A DNA stretch of 35,477 nucleotides, from IMG/VR virus record IMGVR_UViG_3300031867_000276, positions 1 to 35,477 of that record, one strand, 5' to 3'. The notes beneath the pieces were generated by a model. It was not told the origin of the DNA, ran no database searches, and saw nothing but the letters and a program-made list of their open reading frames with translations. Positions 33,927-35,477 of this stretch are shown in pieces. The DNA comes from a virus. Within the stretch, counting starts at the first letter, position 1. The number at the start of each line of letters is the position of its first letter. Made by a program: the position numbers and the translations under genes.

Positions 33927-34119
33927 AAACTGGAAATATGAGTATTGGTTAAGCCAAAGCGATTGTCAATATTGTCAGGTTAAAAGGTGTGAACGAAGAA
34001 TGGCGCCAACTTATACGGTTGCTGGTGAAATTGGCGGAGTAACTATTGGATGCGCAAATTTTATCCCGTTCAAGCCTAAAGCAAAGAAAAAACAAGATAA
34101 TCAATTAAAACTATTCTGA
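33898..34119 (+). CDS. Small Cys-containing basic protein
   Basis: ORF 33808..34119 trimmed to ATG 33898 (MATKQTNISKN...). Confidence 0.45.
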   Translation: MATKQTNISKNWKYEYWLSQSDCQYCQVKRCERRMAPTYTVAGEIGGVTIGCANFIPFKPKAKKKQDNQLKLF

Positions 34120-34120
34120 T

Positions 34121-34366
34121 ATGTCCGCAGTATTTCAAAAAGACATTATCTACAATGGCGAAAAATACATCCCAGAAAGCGAAGCAGTCAAGGTGTACGA
34201 CAGAATCTACAAACTGTTGAAAGACCAAAAGGAATACTTTAAAACCAAATCACAGACGTTGTGCGCCAGTTGCAAAAAGCGTGAAGCAGGGTTTATTAAG
34301 TGGTACGAACAAAACTACTTGAACAAACCACAGCAACAGGACAACCAACAGGAAATGAACTTATAG
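34121..34366 (+). CDS. Hypothetical protein
   Basis: 81-aa ORF. Confidence 0.55.
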   Translation: MSAVFQKDIIYNGEKYIPESEAVKVYDRIYKLLKDQKEYFKTKSQTLCASCKKREAGFIKWYEQNYLNKPQQQDNQQEMNL

Positions 34367-34374
34367 GTTAATTG

Positions 34375-34541
34375 TCACGGAAACCCCTGTCGAGAAGCCG
34401 GACAGGATACAGGTAAAGAGGGAACGACATTTTTGCAAGTTTCATTATCAGGTTCAGGATTAATATTTTGTCATAATAGTACCTCCGAACAACCCTCTGC
34501 AAAGTATGAAAAGTGTTGGTGCGAGTCCAACTCCGTGACCA
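34375..34541 (+). ncRNA. Possible tRNA-like-domain RNA with a large (~110 nt) core insert
   Basis: The 5' tcacgga (34375-34381) is perfectly complementary to tccgtga (34532-34538), which directly follows a T-arm-like gttgg-tgcgagt-ccaac. The 3' tail is c-caa / a-CCA. Confidence 0.25.
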
Positions 34542-34552
34542 AAATACAACAA

Positions 34553-34663
34553 ATGACGGTCAAAATGGAACAGAACGACAACAACTGGGACGATACAATT
34601 GCAGGATTACTTGAAATCCTGTGCGCAGTGGCAATCTTTATTGCATTAATCATAATTCATTAA
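34553..34663 (+). CDS. Possible 36-aa membrane peptide
   Basis: In-frame ATG within ORF 34433..34663 (the ORF-track start is a TTG). C-terminal hydrophobic segment LLEILCAVAIFIALIII. Confidence 0.25.
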   Translation: MTVKMEQNDNNWDDTIAGLLEILCAVAIFIALIIIH

Positions 34664-34682
34664 CCAACAAAATTTTAAAGCA

Positions 34683-34955
34683 ATGACAAAGCAAGAATTA
34701 GCAAGCAGAATCGCCAAAAGACTTGGCATTGAAGCAACCGCAGTAAAAAGCATCCTCGATGAAGCAGCCGACCAAATCATTAAGGCAATGATGCAGGGCG
34801 AAAACTACTATCAGCGTGGATTTGGCACATTTGCCGTAATCACTCGCAAGGCAAAGACTGGTCGCAACATCACAAAGGGAACGTCCGTACACATCCCCGA
34901 GCACAGGTGTCCGAAATTCAAACCCTGCAAGGATTTCAAGGATGCAGTAAAATGA
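34683..34955 (+). CDS. HU/IHF-family DNA-binding protein
   Basis: MTKQELASRIAKRLGI ... FGTFAVITRKAKTGRNITKGTSVHIPEHRCPKFKP matches the HU fold signature. Confidence 0.9.
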   Translation: MTKQELASRIAKRLGIEATAVKSILDEAADQIIKAMMQGENYYQRGFGTFAVITRKAKTGRNITKGTSVHIPEHRCPKFKPCKDFKDAVK

Positions 34956-34962
34956 AAGCACT

Positions 34963-35346
34963 ATGAAAAGTAAAATCTACATTGCAGGTAAAATCACAGG
35001 CGACCCGGAATACAGGCACAAATTCAAGTGTGCCGCCTACGAGTTGAGGGAGTGCCGCCGTAGTTGCAGTGCAAACAAGCAGTGCAGCGGTTGTGTGTTC
35101 TACGATAGGGATTATCTAACATCCTGTAGAATCAGCAGCGTATTTCCTGACCAACTCGAAATTGTCAATCCTGCCGAGTTTGATGTAAAAGGTCGTTGCT
35201 ACTGGCGTATTATGCTGTACTGCATCCGTCAAGTAATTAAATGCGACTACGTTTTTATGCTGAAAGACTGGCAGGATAGCAAAGGCGCACGGAAAGAACA
35301 CAGGGTCGCCAAATGGTTTCACAAAAACATAATCTACCAACAATGA
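34963..35346 (+). CDS. DUF4406 / nucleoside 2-deoxyribosyltransferase-like protein with a Cys-rich insert
   Basis: KIYIAGKITGD ... VNPAEF ... CDYVFMLKDWQDSKGARKEHRVA matches the DUF4406 pattern. An extra ECRRSCSANKQCSGCVFYDRDYLTSC segment is present. Confidence 0.6.
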   Translation: MKSKIYIAGKITGDPEYRHKFKCAAYELRECRRSCSANKQCSGCVFYDRDYLTSCRISSVFPDQLEIVNPAEFDVKGRCYWRIMLYCIRQVIKCDYVFMLKDWQDSKGARKEHRVAKWFHKNIIYQQ

Positions 35347-35477
35347 AAACAATAAAGTATTTATTGGTTACTGCCGACCACAGGGAACTATATTTCGACC
35401 ATTGGTTGGATATGATTTCGGCAATGGCAACAATGATTGATAAAGGCGAGACGGTCTGTGTCAAAAAACTGGATGAA
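35343..35477 (+). CDS. Hypothetical small protein spanning the circular junction (3' end continues at 128..157; total about 53 aa, MKTIKYLLVTADHRELYF...)
   Basis: The ATG at 35343 overlaps the TGA of the preceding gene (ATGA). The frame stays open through the repeat and stops at TGA 155-157 of the duplicated start. It is absent from the ORF track because it is split by the window edge. Confidence 0.5.
   Translation, partial: MKTIKYLLVTADHRELYFDHWLDMISAMATMIDKGETVCVKKLDE
35351..35477. repeat. Terminal direct repeat, copy 2 (identical to 1..127)
   Basis: Read directly. Either an assembly overlap of a circular molecule or a short terminal redundancy. Confidence 0.95.

Larger units (their letters stand above)
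1..35350. mobile_element. Complete temperate tailed-phage genome (one circular unit); host probably Bacteroidota
   Basis: Terminase, portal, capsid, tail, lysis, integrase/CI and RecT/exonuclease/replication modules are all present. The window ends overlap by 127 identical bases. The host guess rests on the integrase and CI sequence style and a TAnnTTTG-like promoter element. Confidence 0.8.

Noticed and set aside
32184-34119. Possible paralogy of the two small MAT..Q-starting Cys-containing ORFs (32184..32402 and 33898..34119).
   Set aside because: The similarity is limited to the first residues and a CxxC. That is too weak to call by eye.

Overview
The window is one complete circular or terminally redundant genome of a temperate tailed phage. 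The unit length is 35,350 nt, and bases 1-127 are repeated exactly at 35351-35477. Nearly all genes are on the + strand. The exception is a three-gene lysogeny block on the - strand at 25195-27216 (tyrosine integrase, secreted/membrane protein, CI-like repressor). The host is probably a Bacteroidota bacterium, but this is inference only.

Modules, in window order:
- Sigma-factor-like pair, ParB-like protein and glycosyltransferase-like protein (138-3236).
- TerS and TerL (3215-4815).
- Chaperone-like pair with a T7 slip site, a tape-measure-like protein, tail-fibre proteins and a DGR (4820-14485).
- Portal, scaffold, capsid, tube-like protein and two large tail proteins (15188-23886).
- Holin, GH24 endolysin and u-spanin (23899-24990).
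- Candidate attP plus the lysogeny block.
- Early region (27402-35346) with RecT, a YqaJ-type exonuclease, an iteron-bearing replication initiator, HU and DUF4406.

The main finding is a diversity-generating retroelement (DGR). It has one template repeat (TR, 13107-13224), an Avd-like gene and a reverse transcriptase, and three variable repeats (VRs).
- VR1 (12417-12534) forms the C-terminus of a 533-aa tail-fibre-like protein.
- VR2 (28309-28416) and VR3 (32034-32144) form the C-termini of two paralogous proteins of about 147 aa. Neither has a signal peptide. They lie 15 and 19 kb from TR, inside the early/recombination module.
- Every TR/VR substitution I counted (19, 15 and 16) falls on a TR adenine.
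- VR3 also carries a one-codon insertion and lacks the GC hairpin found downstream of VR1 and VR2.
- TR sits in frame inside the annotated RT ORF.

Secondary observations:
- A 9-mer, CGATAATTT, occurs 7 times on the + strand. Six copies lie 12-22 nt upstream of late or lysis gene starts. It is a candidate late promoter, possibly read by the phage's split sigma-like pair.
- An 8-mer, ATTAACCA, lies 17-19 nt upstream of early-gene starts.
- Three tRNA-like elements with aberrant cores lie in the early region.
- Perfect 45-bp iterons sit inside the replication gene.
- There are three G8-G9 tracts.

All functional calls come from motif recognition by eye. No database search was run.
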